A stretch of DNA of 64,000 bases from Candidatus Saccharimonadia bacterium (GCA_023253175.1 JALRHH010000001.1:172020-236019), one strand, 5' to 3'. Positions 38,607 to 47,209 are shown, counted from the first letter of the stretch. A program made the numbers and translations. The notes: generated by a model from the letters alone, not told the origin.

Positions 38607-39545
38607 ATGTCAAAAATGATTCATACCCCAGGAGTTGTCAACGTTGATGAGCACTCAAGCACAAGTGCAACATTCACCGTCGAACCACTACACACCGGTT
38701 ACGGAATGACACTTGGTAACTCACTCCGCCGCGTATTGCTCAGCAGCATTGCTGGTGCAGCAATCACAGCGTTTAAGGTCGAGGGTGCTACCCACGAGTT
38801 CACAACACTTCCAGGCGTTAAGGAAGATGTCGTTGACATCATGCTTAACCTCAAGGGTGTACGCTTCCGCGTATTTGGTGGTGAAACTCAGACTCTTCGC
38901 ATTGTAAAGAAGGGCAAGGGCACTGTTACTGCTAAGGACATCCAGGTTAACGCTGATGTTGAAATCGTAAACCCAGACCACGTCATCGCAACTATTGATG
39001 AGGCATCGGCAAACTTTGTCATGGACCTCACTGTTGAGGCTGGTCGTGGCTACCGCACTATCGAAGAAGGTACCGCTAAGAAGGCAAGTGACATGATCGC
39101 TGTTGATGCAGCGTTTGGTCCAGTCCAGCGTGTCCGTTATAAGGTTGAAAACACTCGTGTTGGTCAGATGACTAACCTCGACAAGCTTCACCTTACTGTC
39201 GATACTGACGGTTCAATCACTCCAAGCGAGGCGTTTGAAGAAGCTGCTGCTATCCTTGTTAACCAGTACACTGCGCTTGCGGGTCAGACTCGTGTTGAGT
39301 CAGCTGCACACGTAACTGCTGGTGACGCAGATGCAGGCGAAGCAAGCGACGAGCCAGCAGAGCTTTTGACTTCAATCGAAGATCTAAACCTCAGTGCTCG
39401 TACAACCAACGCTTTGATCAACAACGAAATTCACACACTTAAGGACTTGTTCTCACTAAGTGATGGCGAACTTCGTGAGCTCAAAGGTTTCGGTAGCAAG
39501 GCTCTCGACGAAGTTAAGGAAAAATTAGCGGAGTTGGAGCTGTAG
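38607..39545 (+). CDS. rpoA: DNA-directed RNA polymerase subunit alpha
   Basis: 312 aa. EPL..GYG.TLGNSLRR.LLSS..GAA, C-terminal domain LNLS.RT.N.L....I.T..DL. Confidence 0.96.
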   Translation: MSKMIHTPGVVNVDEHSSTSATFTVEPLHTGYGMTLGNSLRRVLLSSIAGAAITAFKVEGATHEFTTLPGVKEDVVDIMLNLKGVRFRVFGGETQTLRIVKKGKGTVTAKDIQVNADVEIVNPDHVIATIDEASANFVMDLTVEAGRGYRTIEEGTAKKASDMIAVDAAFGPVQRVRYKVENTRVGQMTNLDKLHLTVDTDGSITPSEAFEEAAAILVNQYTALAGQTRVESAAHVTAGDADAGEASDEPAELLTSIEDLNLSARTTNALINNEIHTLKDLFSLSDGELRELKGFGSKALDEVKEKLAELEL

Positions 39546-39546
39546 A

Positions 39547-40011
39547 ATGCATCGTCACGGATATCAAGGTAGGAAGTTCCATCGGGAACGCGATCAGCGT
39601 CGAGCCCTTCTAAAGGGTCTCGCTGATTCACTCGTCAAGTACGAGTCGATCGAAACGACACTGCCAAAAGCAAAAGAAGTCGTTCCATATGTAGAAAAGT
39701 TGATTACCAAAGCTAAGAAGGGTGATCTTCACAACCGTCGTCAGGTTATTGCGAGCCTGCAGACTGTCGCAAGCGCGCACAAGTTGGTTGATGAAATCGC
39801 TCCAAAGCTCGGTGGTCGTAATAGTGGTCACCTCCGCATCGAGCGCACACGTACTCGTCGTGGTGACAACGCTCAGCTCGCACGCATCAGCTTTGTTGAT
39901 GAACTCGGTGAAGCCCCAGTAGCAGCTCCTGCAAAGGCAGCTAAGACTGAGGCAAAGCCAGCTCCAGCAACCAAGAAGCCTGCAGCTAAGAAGGTCGAGG
40001 AGAAGAAATAA
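39547..40011 (+). CDS. rplQ: 50S ribosomal protein L17 with an Ala/Lys/Pro-rich C-terminal tail
   Basis: MHRHGY.GRK..R....R.ALLK.LA.SL...E.I.TT..KAKE. Confidence 0.95.
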   Translation: MHRHGYQGRKFHRERDQRRALLKGLADSLVKYESIETTLPKAKEVVPYVEKLITKAKKGDLHNRRQVIASLQTVASAHKLVDEIAPKLGGRNSGHLRIERTRTRRGDNAQLARISFVDELGEAPVAAPAKAAKTEAKPAPATKKPAAKKVEEKK

Positions 40012-40457
40012 TGGCTCAAAAGACATTTAGCGCCAAGCCTACAGATGTAGAGCGAAAGTGGTACGTCATTGATGCCGCTGAAGCTCCACTTGGCCGTGTT
40101 GCTACTCAGGTTGCAACACTCCTTACCGGTAAAGGTAAGACCCAGTTCACAAAGCACATCGATTGTGGTGACTATGTGATTGTTATCAACGCTGACAACC
40201 TCGTTGTTACTGGTGACAAGATGGAAAAGAAGATGTACTACCACCACTCTGGATTCCCAGGTGGTCTAAAGGAAGCTCAGCTTAAGGAAAAGATGGCTAA
40301 GGATTCAACTGAACCTATTTTCAAGGCTGTGCGCGGTATGCTTCCAGTTAACAAGCTCCGTGATGGTCGTCTCGCACGCCTGAAGATCTATTCAGGTACA
40401 GAGCACAACCACGAAGCTCAGAAACCACAGAAGCTATCACTGAAGGAAGGTAAATAA
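40011..40457 (+). CDS. rplM: 50S ribosomal protein L13
   Basis: Overlapping start. W.VIDA....LGR.A..VA..L.GK....FT.H.D.GD.V.V.NA. Confidence 0.95.
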   Translation: MAQKTFSAKPTDVERKWYVIDAAEAPLGRVATQVATLLTGKGKTQFTKHIDCGDYVIVINADNLVVTGDKMEKKMYYHHSGFPGGLKEAQLKEKMAKDSTEPIFKAVRGMLPVNKLRDGRLARLKIYSGTEHNHEAQKPQKLSLKEGK

Positions 40458-40858
40458 TGGCTGCGAGTAACTATTTCTACGCACTCGGACGCCGCAAAAG
40501 TGCAACCGCACGTGTTCGCCTCCAGTCTGGCAAGGGCAACGTTGTAATCAACGGTAAGCCAGCTAGCGACTACTTCGAAAACAGCAAGACGCTCCTTTTG
40601 GAGCTTACTCGTCCATTTGGCGTACTCGAAATCGAGCCTACTAAGTTTGACGTTAGTGTTGTTGTTTCAGGTGGTGGCCACGCTGGTCAGGCTGATGCAA
40701 TCCGTCTTGGTATTGCTAAGTCACTCGTACTGCTTAACGAAGACTACAAGTCTACGCTTCGCCGTGCAGATCTGCTTGGACGCGACCCACGTGAGAAAGA
40801 ACGTAAGAAGTTCGGTCTCAAGGGTGCACGTAAGCAGCGCCAGTTCACCAAGCGTTAA
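40457..40858 (+). CDS. rpsI: 30S ribosomal protein S9
   Basis: Overlapping start. GRRK.A.ARV.L..G.G...INGK; GGG..GQA.A.R.GI...L; ends KKFGLKGARKQRQFTKR. Confidence 0.96.
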   Translation: MAASNYFYALGRRKSATARVRLQSGKGNVVINGKPASDYFENSKTLLLELTRPFGVLEIEPTKFDVSVVVSGGGHAGQADAIRLGIAKSLVLLNEDYKSTLRRADLLGRDPREKERKKFGLKGARKQRQFTKR

Positions 40859-40875
40859 TTTCGCCTGGTACTTAC

Positions 40876-40907
40876 AAAAACGACCTCTTCATGGGGTCGT
40901 TTTTTTA
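40876..40907 (+). terminator. Intrinsic terminator after rpsI
   Basis: ACGACC / GGTCGT stem followed by T7. Confidence 0.7.
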
Positions 40908-40963
40908 TGGAACTAGAAAGTACGATTTGTTTACCAAGTATACAATCATGATAGACTGGAATA

Positions 40964-41356
40964 ATGAGCGATTACTATACACCTGGCGTATGCAACATTA
41001 ACGAGAAGGAAGTGGCTTATCGTAAGAAAGCCTTTTACCTGGGGCTTGGCATCGGCGTACCGCTGTTGGCTGTATTGGTGGCAACAAAGGCAAATCCAAT
41101 ACTCGGTCTTGCCATGTTTGTGCCGGCCTGGATTGGTGCGATTGGATACCTGCAGGCAAAATATAAGTTTTGCATAGGATATGCCGCGGGCGGTATACAT
41201 AGCTCTTCTGATGAATATGGCGATACCCGCGAAGTTGTAGAAGCTGCTAGCAGAAAGCTAGACGCCAAACGCGCACGCAAAATAAATCTACAGTCATTAA
41301 CGGTAGGTGCTGTAGTTGCGGTAACTTCTGTGCTTCTTTTGATAGTCTTCAGTTAA
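40964..41356 (+). CDS. Hypothetical membrane protein (130 aa, about 3 TM segments)
   Basis: ORF with hydrophobic segments (LGLGIGVPLLAVLVA, ILGLAMFVPAWIGAIGYL, VGAVVAVTSVLLLIVF). Stop lies within an (AAGCGT)3 repeat. Confidence 0.5.
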   Translation: MSDYYTPGVCNINEKEVAYRKKAFYLGLGIGVPLLAVLVATKANPILGLAMFVPAWIGAIGYLQAKYKFCIGYAAGGIHSSSDEYGDTREVVEAASRKLDAKRARKINLQSLTVGAVVAVTSVLLLIVFS

Positions 41357-41406
41357 GCGTAAGCGTAAGCGTTGCGGCGCAGCTGGGTATATGGTAACTT
41401 ACACCC

Positions 41407-42291
41407 ATGAAGTTTATAAAAACAAAAAGGCAAAAGCTTTCCACTAACCAACACGGTCTCATTAATAAATCTTTGATCTTGGTGCTTGTGGGCTCTCTTA
41501 TAACCGGTAGCCTAGGATACGCGTACACGAGATATTCTGGAGCAACTTCAGCTCCAACCTATATCAACGCTGCAACCTATAACATCCGCGGACAACGCTG
41601 GGACGGATTTAATAGCACATACGCAAACTGGTCGACGCGCGCACCAAGGGTAAAGGCGATGATTGCTAATAACCCCGCTGGGATTATTGGGATGCAAGAA
41701 GTATTTAAGCAAAATCCTGATACTGGCCAGTATATTACGCAGCGTAATGATGTCATTAATTTTATGACTGGCATGAACTACGGATATTTCGTTGGATCAG
41801 TCGACAATACATCACCTATTTTCTGGAAAAAGGATAATTTTACAAAGCTCACTACCGGCGAAACAAAGGTCTATGACATCAGTTGGGGCGCCGGTTCACG
41901 GCCACCAGCAACGAGGTATCTCAGCTTTGTACGCCTCCGGCAGATACATCATGATAAAGAGATACTCGTTTTTAATTATCATTTCAACAGTGATAACGGT
42001 CCGGCCATGGATGACAGACAAGCAACAGTAATTGCGGGACGAGTTAAAAATATTCGTGACTCATTCCCAAATGATGACATCTTCTTTTTGGGTGATTTTA
42101 ATAATCGGCATACAAAGATCGTGAGTGCGCTTGCCGCACGGTCTATCTACCTTGGTCAGGCAGATGAATTCTCTGGCGTAGATCATGTACTGAAGTCACG
42201 TGGCGTGTACGTGCGCGGCTGGACTAACACTGGTAGAGGCAGCCCTTACGCATCTGACCACTCTATGATCATTGGTCGGTTGACCATTTAA
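41407..42291 (+). CDS. Endonuclease/exonuclease/phosphatase (EEP) family protein with an N-terminal membrane anchor
   Basis: 294 aa. AATYNIRG, GMQEV, FLGDFN, C-terminal ASDHSMI motifs of the EEP fold. TGgTAACTT lies 6 nt before the ATG. Confidence 0.7.
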   Translation: MKFIKTKRQKLSTNQHGLINKSLILVLVGSLITGSLGYAYTRYSGATSAPTYINAATYNIRGQRWDGFNSTYANWSTRAPRVKAMIANNPAGIIGMQEVFKQNPDTGQYITQRNDVINFMTGMNYGYFVGSVDNTSPIFWKKDNFTKLTTGETKVYDISWGAGSRPPATRYLSFVRLRQIHHDKEILVFNYHFNSDNGPAMDDRQATVIAGRVKNIRDSFPNDDIFFLGDFNNRHTKIVSALAARSIYLGQADEFSGVDHVLKSRGVYVRGWTNTGRGSPYASDHSMIIGRLTI

Positions 42292-42292
42292 T

Positions 42293-43279
42293 TTGCTAAA
42301 ATACGACCAATATATGGTCAAAAAGGCAATAGATAAGACAGAAAAGAAGCGGCAGCAGTGGATTGATAGAACTGCTGAGCTATTACATGTTTCCGAGGAA
42401 ACTACTGTACACCTACTTCAAATAGGTAGACAGCAAAGTATACGCGTAAACACGTTGAAAACTTCTATGCAGGATGTTGTGCCTCAGCTTGTATCGCTTG
42501 GCTGGAAAGGGCAGCCATTTACATGGTGTCCAGATGGACTAACGATGGAAGCTGGACTACAGGAAATAAAGAATAGTGAGCTTTCTAGTGACGGCAGTAT
42601 TTATATTCAAAACGCCGCTAGTTGGTTGCCTGTTTTAGCGCTCGACCCGCAGGCCGGTGAAGCGATTTTAGACATATGTGCTGCCCCCGGCGGCAAAACG
42701 AGCCACATCGCCGCCTTATCTAACAACGAGGCGTATATTACGGCTAATGATAACTCACGTCCTCGACTTGCAAAACTACAGTCAAACCTTAATAGGCTTG
42801 GCGTGCAAGGAATAGATTACACTTTATTTGATGCGACGCAGCTATCCTATAAGCTGGAAGGCCGTCAGTTCGACAAAATACTACTTGATGCGCCCTGTAG
42901 TGGTGAGGGCATGATGACATTAGATAGTAATAAAGATTTCGCATCGTGGTCTGTTGCGCATATTAAACGCCTCCAGCAGCTTCAGAGGAAGCTCATTGTA
43001 CAGGCCTGGCATTTACTGAAACCCGGCGGAACGCTGGTTTATAGCACCTGCACAATGGCTCCGGAAGAAAACGAAGCGGTGGTGGACTATTTGCTCAGGC
43101 ATAATCAAGATGCACAAGTACGTCAGCTCAACTTCAGCCTGGGTAATCGTGTAGCTGCTGTGAGTGAATGGAATGGCCGTCAGTTTGACGATCAACTAAA
43201 GTTTTCCATGCGTCTTGTTCCAAGCCCCGAAATAGAAGCTTTCTTTGTCTGCAAACTAACAAAGAAAGTTGATTTATAA
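42293..43279 (+). CDS. RsmB/NOL1/NOP2/Sun-family RNA m5C methyltransferase
   Basis: DICAAPGGKTSHIA, DAPCSGEG and YSTCT motifs. The ORF-track start is TTG 42293; ATG 42314 is an alternative. Confidence 0.85.
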   Translation: MLKYDQYMVKKAIDKTEKKRQQWIDRTAELLHVSEETTVHLLQIGRQQSIRVNTLKTSMQDVVPQLVSLGWKGQPFTWCPDGLTMEAGLQEIKNSELSSDGSIYIQNAASWLPVLALDPQAGEAILDICAAPGGKTSHIAALSNNEAYITANDNSRPRLAKLQSNLNRLGVQGIDYTLFDATQLSYKLEGRQFDKILLDAPCSGEGMMTLDSNKDFASWSVAHIKRLQQLQRKLIVQAWHLLKPGGTLVYSTCTMAPEENEAVVDYLLRHNQDAQVRQLNFSLGNRVAAVSEWNGRQFDDQLKFSMRLVPSPEIEAFFVCKLTKKVDL

Positions 43280-43299
43280 GGTATACTATCCAGTAACTT

Positions 43300-44088
43300 A
43301 TGATTAAAAGTGTTGCGATAGTTGGTTTTGGTAGTTTTGGTACGCTTTTGGCCGAGATATTGGCTCCCCACGTAGAAGTACGTGCATTTAGTAGGCGGTC
43401 TATCAATGCAGAAGATATCCCAAGTGGGGTAAGCATGTGTTCTATATCTGAGGCAGCTGCGTGCGATCTGATTATACTTGCTAATGACCTGGCGGGACTT
43501 AAGGCTTCCTGCGAGGCAATAGCACCCTACGTAACATCAAAGACGGTTGTGATGGACGTATGTTCGGTTAAGACAAAGCCAGCAAGAATACTTGAGGCTG
43601 TGCTTAGTGATAAATGCAAACTGCTCTTAACTCATCCACTCTTTGGGCCGCAGTCATATGCTAACAATGGTGGAACAGAGGGTCTTAGGATAGTTTGGCA
43701 TGACCAGATTGGTGGCCCATTTCCTGAGATTGAGGATTTGTTTAGCGAGGTACTTGGTCTTAAAATTTTGAAGATATCCCCGGATGATCATGACAAGGAC
43801 ATGGCCTGGGTGCATGCTCTGACATTCTTTGTGGGCAGAGGGCTCCTAAACTTGGATCCCCCCGAGACTCCACTTGCAACACACTATTATAAGGAGCTAA
43901 TGGACCTTGTGAGCCAAGAAAAGCAGCACAGTTATGAACTTTTCATGACCGTTCAGCAGGGTAATCCATATGCAGATCAGATACGCAAACGTTTTGTTGA
44001 TAGTCTTGAGGCCCTAGAATCTAAAATAGTCACAGGTTCTATATCTGTTAATGATATTGACAAATCTCATCAAACTGCTATAATATAA
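43300..44088 (+). CDS. Prephenate/arogenate dehydrogenase-family protein
   Basis: N-terminal Rossmann VAIVGFGSFG. THPLFGP and HDKDMAWVHALTFFV resemble the TyrA-family HPMFGP / H..A..SHLPH blocks. Confidence 0.6.
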   Translation: MIKSVAIVGFGSFGTLLAEILAPHVEVRAFSRRSINAEDIPSGVSMCSISEAAACDLIILANDLAGLKASCEAIAPYVTSKTVVMDVCSVKTKPARILEAVLSDKCKLLLTHPLFGPQSYANNGGTEGLRIVWHDQIGGPFPEIEDLFSEVLGLKILKISPDDHDKDMAWVHALTFFVGRGLLNLDPPETPLATHYYKELMDLVSQEKQHSYELFMTVQQGNPYADQIRKRFVDSLEALESKIVTGSISVNDIDKSHQTAII

Positions 44089-44092
44089 TTAA

Positions 44093-44377
44093 ATGACAAT
44101 GGAACTATTACAGTGCGGTTCATGTGAAGTCTCACTAAACCCTAATGCCAAAGCAGCAACTGATCGAATGTGCCCAGTTGTTGCCAATAAGACGCTGTCT
44201 GGTCTTGGAAAGCTTGGCATTGACCCAGGGCCACTTACCTCCCGCGGTGAAAGACTTTTTGTCCTAGCTCAGTCTATGGAAGACCCAGCTGTGACCGAAC
44301 TCGCTGAAGAGGCATGTAGTGATCGCCGTATGCAGCTTGCAAATACGAGTAGCGGTTTCAGCTCCGTCGTGTACTAA
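44093..44377 (+). CDS. Hypothetical protein (94 aa)
   Basis: ORF only. No recognisable domain. Confidence 0.4.
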   Translation: MTMELLQCGSCEVSLNPNAKAATDRMCPVVANKTLSGLGKLGIDPGPLTSRGERLFVLAQSMEDPAVTELAEEACSDRRMQLANTSSGFSSVVY

Positions 44378-44403
44378 GTTAAAACTCTCTTTATTACAAT
44401 GGC

Positions 44404-44432
44404 TTGACAACGCTATATATGGTGTGTAATTC
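44404..44432 (+). promoter_or_regulatory. Sigma70-type promoter driving micro-ORF P1
   Basis: TTGACA (44404-09), 17 nt spacer, TAATTC (44427-32). ATG 44441 is 8 nt downstream. Confidence 0.5.
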
Positions 44433-44440
44433 TTAAAACT

Positions 44441-44536
44441 ATGCAACAAATCGCACAAAACATTATTTGCCAAATGCGCTGGTTTTACGTCAAGCACCCT
44501 GCTGTGGCGGTTTGTTCTGTGCATTTGAAGAAATAA
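44441..44536 (+). CDS. Micro-ORF P1, 31 codons (MQQIAQNIICQMRWFYVKHPAVAVCSVHLKK); candidate leader peptide
   Basis: Leaderless geometry. Paralogous to P2 at the peptide N-terminus and in a 17-nt core. Followed by terminator T1. Confidence 0.4.
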   Translation: MQQIAQNIICQMRWFYVKHPAVAVCSVHLKK

Positions 44537-44558
44537 TACATACACCTCGAATTCATTG

Positions 44559-44596
44559 AAAAAACCGCTACCGAAAGACAAGGGAGCGGTTTTTTA
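44559..44596 (+). terminator. Intrinsic terminator T1 (candidate attenuator)
   Basis: AACCGCT (44563-69) / AGCGGTT (44585-91), T6, then AAAT. Confidence 0.7.
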
Positions 44597-44623
44597 AATC
44601 AAAGTAAGAGTAAAGAGAAGGAA

Positions 44624-44836
44624 ATGGAAACTACAACAGAAGAATTAGAAGATTTATCACTATTGATACTGAGATCAAACAACCTACCACTTAGTGAGCT
44701 TGCGTCTGAAAACCTATTCACTGCAGTAACAGAAGGTTTGCTTGTCATTGAGCCAGAGAGTGAAAAGGAAAAGCACGTAGATCAGAGCATCATCGCGGGG
44801 CGAAAAGTGTTGCAGCTTGCAGGAGTTGCGGCATGA
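44624..44836 (+). CDS. Hypothetical acidic protein (70 aa)
   Basis: SD AGAAGGAA. No recognisable domain. Confidence 0.45.
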   Translation: METTTEELEDLSLLILRSNNLPLSELASENLFTAVTEGLLVIEPESEKEKHVDQSIIAGRKVLQLAGVAA

Positions 44837-44919
44837 AACACATTACACAAACCCGTATAGACTATTGGTTTAGCCGACATGTGTGTGGCGGTCTGTTCTG
44901 TATGTTTTTCAATAAGTGA
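44833..44919 (+). CDS. Micro-ORF P2, 28 codons (MKHITQTRIDYWFSRHVCGGLFCMFFNK)
   Basis: ATGA overlap with the preceding stop. AGGAG (44821-25) lies 7 nt upstream. Followed by terminator T2. Confidence 0.45.
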   Translation: MKHITQTRIDYWFSRHVCGGLFCMFFNK

Positions 44920-44937
44920 AAATAATTAACGAAACAA

Positions 44938-44968
44938 TAAACCCGCCACTTAGGAGGCGGGTTTTTTA
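44938..44968 (+). terminator. Intrinsic terminator T2 (candidate attenuator)
   Basis: ACCCGCC (44941-47) / GGCGGGT (44956-62), T6, then AAAT. Confidence 0.7.
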
Positions 44969-44982
44969 AATGTAAGGAGTAC

Positions 44983-45228
44983 ATGATGGAAAGTAATCCA
45001 GGAACAATTTTACAAAGAATGGGCATAGAAATGAGCCCAGATGACCCACGATCAGCAGAGCAAGTGCTCAACGAGATAAATCGAAAACGCATAGAAACAA
45101 ACATTCTAATGGAGCCTGATCCGAGCGTTAGGTCACGAATGGCTGAATTTGCTCTAAGAAACTACCCACTTACATCAGATCAAGGTATAGCTGACGCTTA
45201 CGACAATGTACTCGAAAAGTGTAAGTAA
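44983..45228 (+). CDS. Hypothetical protein (81 aa)
   Basis: SD AAGGAG immediately after the T2 U-tract. No recognisable domain. Confidence 0.45.
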   Translation: MMESNPGTILQRMGIEMSPDDPRSAEQVLNEINRKRIETNILMEPDPSVRSRMAEFALRNYPLTSDQGIADAYDNVLEKCK

Positions 45229-45262
45229 ACTCCCACTTTTCTCCGTTCATCTTGTATAATTC

Positions 45263-46297
45263 ATGATAATGAGTAAACAAGTAATTCTAACAGGCCTGCG
45301 CGCCAATAATGACCTCCATATTGGTAATTACCTGGGGGCAATTATGCCTACGGTTGATATGGCGCGCCAAAAGGCTGACGAGTTCCAGGTTAATCTGTTT
45401 GTACCTGACTTACACAGCTTTACGACACCAATTGACCATTCGCAGCTCCAGGCTGCAATTATGAACAATGTGCGCGTCTATGCTGCAGCCGGACTGCCAA
45501 TAGAGAATAGTAACGTTAATGTATACCGTCAGAGCTATGTATCAGCGCACAGTGAGCTAACATGGATTCTTGATTGTTTTACGGGATTCGGCGAAATGAA
45601 CCGCATGACACAGTTCAAGGACAAATCTGCAAAGCTGAATGAAGACCGCATTAGCCTCGGGCTATTCAATTATCCGGTATTAATGGCTGCTGATATTTTG
45701 TTGTATGATGCTCGTTACGTTCCAGTAGGCGATGATCAGACGCAGCATCTTGAGTTTACGCGTGATATTGCAGTTCGTATGAATAATCAGTTCGGCGAGT
45801 TATTTACTGTACCGAAGGCTGTAAAAGAACAGCATGCTTTCTTCGGCAAGGACCAGGGGCTTCGTATTAAGGACCTGCAGGATCCAAGCAAGAAAATGAG
45901 CAAGTCAGATGAAACCGGTAAAGGTGTTATATTCCTCAGCGGTTCGCCAGATGTTGCCCGTAAAAAGATTATGAGTGCCGTCACCGATGATCTTGCGCTT
46001 GTAAATTATGATCACAAGTCGCAGCCTGGTATTAGCAACCTACTAGATCTGTTAGCACTTACAAGCGGTGTCTCAATCGAAGAAGTAAACACCAAATATA
46101 GCGGTCAGACCATGTACGGGCCACTTAAAAAAGATGTGGCTGATAGTGTCTGCTCATTTCTAGAAGACTTCCAGTCAAAGCTCGCAAAGATCGATGATAA
46201 GGCCTTGATTGCTAAGCTTGAAAGCAGCGAAGCGGCTATGAACACTCAAGCCAACGAAACGCTTTTAAAAGTACAAAAGGCCGTCGGCCTCCGCTAA
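45263..46297 (+). CDS. trpS: Tryptophan--tRNA ligase
   Basis: TG.R....LHIGNYLGA (HIGH-class motif, TrpRS type) and KMSKS. TATAAT at 45255-60 suggests the real start is the in-frame ATG 45269. Confidence 0.93.
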   Translation: MIMSKQVILTGLRANNDLHIGNYLGAIMPTVDMARQKADEFQVNLFVPDLHSFTTPIDHSQLQAAIMNNVRVYAAAGLPIENSNVNVYRQSYVSAHSELTWILDCFTGFGEMNRMTQFKDKSAKLNEDRISLGLFNYPVLMAADILLYDARYVPVGDDQTQHLEFTRDIAVRMNNQFGELFTVPKAVKEQHAFFGKDQGLRIKDLQDPSKKMSKSDETGKGVIFLSGSPDVARKKIMSAVTDDLALVNYDHKSQPGISNLLDLLALTSGVSIEEVNTKYSGQTMYGPLKKDVADSVCSFLEDFQSKLAKIDDKALIAKLESSEAAMNTQANETLLKVQKAVGLR

Positions 46298-46300
46298 AGC

Positions 46301-47209
46301 ATGGCTAATTTGAATATTTCTCGGGCAGAGCGGCTGGATATGCGTTTGATCGCAATGTATCCAGATTTGACGCGTAGTGTATCGGCTCGTTTGATTGAGC
46401 AGGGTAAGGTTACCGTTAATGGCAAAGTTATAGAAAAAGCTGGCTACAAGATGAAGCCTGGTGACGAAGTTGTTGCGGAGTATAATTACGAGCTTATGAC
46501 AGCTATCCCATCTATTGATATTCCTGTTTTGTACGAGGACGATGACTGCGTAGTGGTTGAAAAACCAGTCGGTATTTTGTCACACAGTAAGGGCGAATTT
46601 AACCCTGAGGCTACGGTGGCCTCATGGCTTGCTGAGCATCTTGTTAAAAAGGGCCAGCAGCCACAGTGGATATTAGAGCAGGACGTAGAGCGGGGCAGCC
46701 CCCATAACCCGAGGGCAGGCATTGTACACCGTCTAGACCGCGCTACATCTGGTGTAATGATTTGCGCCAAGACACCAGCCGCACTTGTGCACCTGCAGAA
46801 ACAGTTCAGCCAACGCAAGACCAAGAAAACCTATATGGCGGTTGTCTCAGGTCATTTAAAGCCGGAACATGCGATCATTGATATGCCGATTGGCCGCAAT
46901 AGTAAGAATCCAAAGACCTTTACGGTGACTAATGATGGTAAATCAGCTGTCACTGAATATAAAGTAGTGGGATCTAGCGCGAAATATGATTTAGTAGAGC
47001 TAAAACCTGTAACTGGTCGCACCCACCAGCTCCGTGTCCATTTGCACTACCAGGGTCATCCGATCGTCGGCGATCTGTTTTATAACGGAAAACCTGCCGA
47101 TCGACTGTTCTTGCATGCACTTTCTCTGGAAATAACGATTCCAAGTGGTGAACGGAAGGTTTTTGAGACTAAATTGCCACCAGAATTTGAAGCTTTGTTA
47201 CAATCGTAG
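46301..47209 (+). CDS. RluA-family 23S rRNA pseudouridine synthase (RluD-like) with an N-terminal S4 domain
   Basis: HRLDRATSGVMICAKT catalytic-Asp motif. S4-like segment RLD..L........S.....I..G.V.VNGK. Confidence 0.88.
   Translation: MANLNISRAERLDMRLIAMYPDLTRSVSARLIEQGKVTVNGKVIEKAGYKMKPGDEVVAEYNYELMTAIPSIDIPVLYEDDDCVVVEKPVGILSHSKGEFNPEATVASWLAEHLVKKGQQPQWILEQDVERGSPHNPRAGIVHRLDRATSGVMICAKTPAALVHLQKQFSQRKTKKTYMAVVSGHLKPEHAIIDMPIGRNSKNPKTFTVTNDGKSAVTEYKVVGSSAKYDLVELKPVTGRTHQLRVHLHYQGHPIVGDLFYNGKPADRLFLHALSLEITIPSGERKVFETKLPPEFEALLQS

Noticed and set aside
44264-44581. 105-aa minus-strand ORF spanning the P1 module.
   Set aside because: It is antisense to the promoter, micro-ORF and terminator module and to the 94-aa ORF. 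It has no start signals, and its end runs through the terminator hairpin.
44833-44919. P2 as a double-glycine-leader bacteriocin or pheromone precursor (…VCGG followed by LFCMFFNK).
   Set aside because: The leader does not fit the LSxxELxxIxGG consensus beyond -4 V and -12 I. No peptidase-domain ABC transporter is nearby. It is kept only as a minor alternative within the main finding.
44378-45262. T-box riboswitch upstream of trpS.
   Set aside because: No T-box consensus (AGGGUGGNACCGCG-like), no specifier-loop architecture and no leader of appropriate length. trpS has its own -10 element directly upstream.
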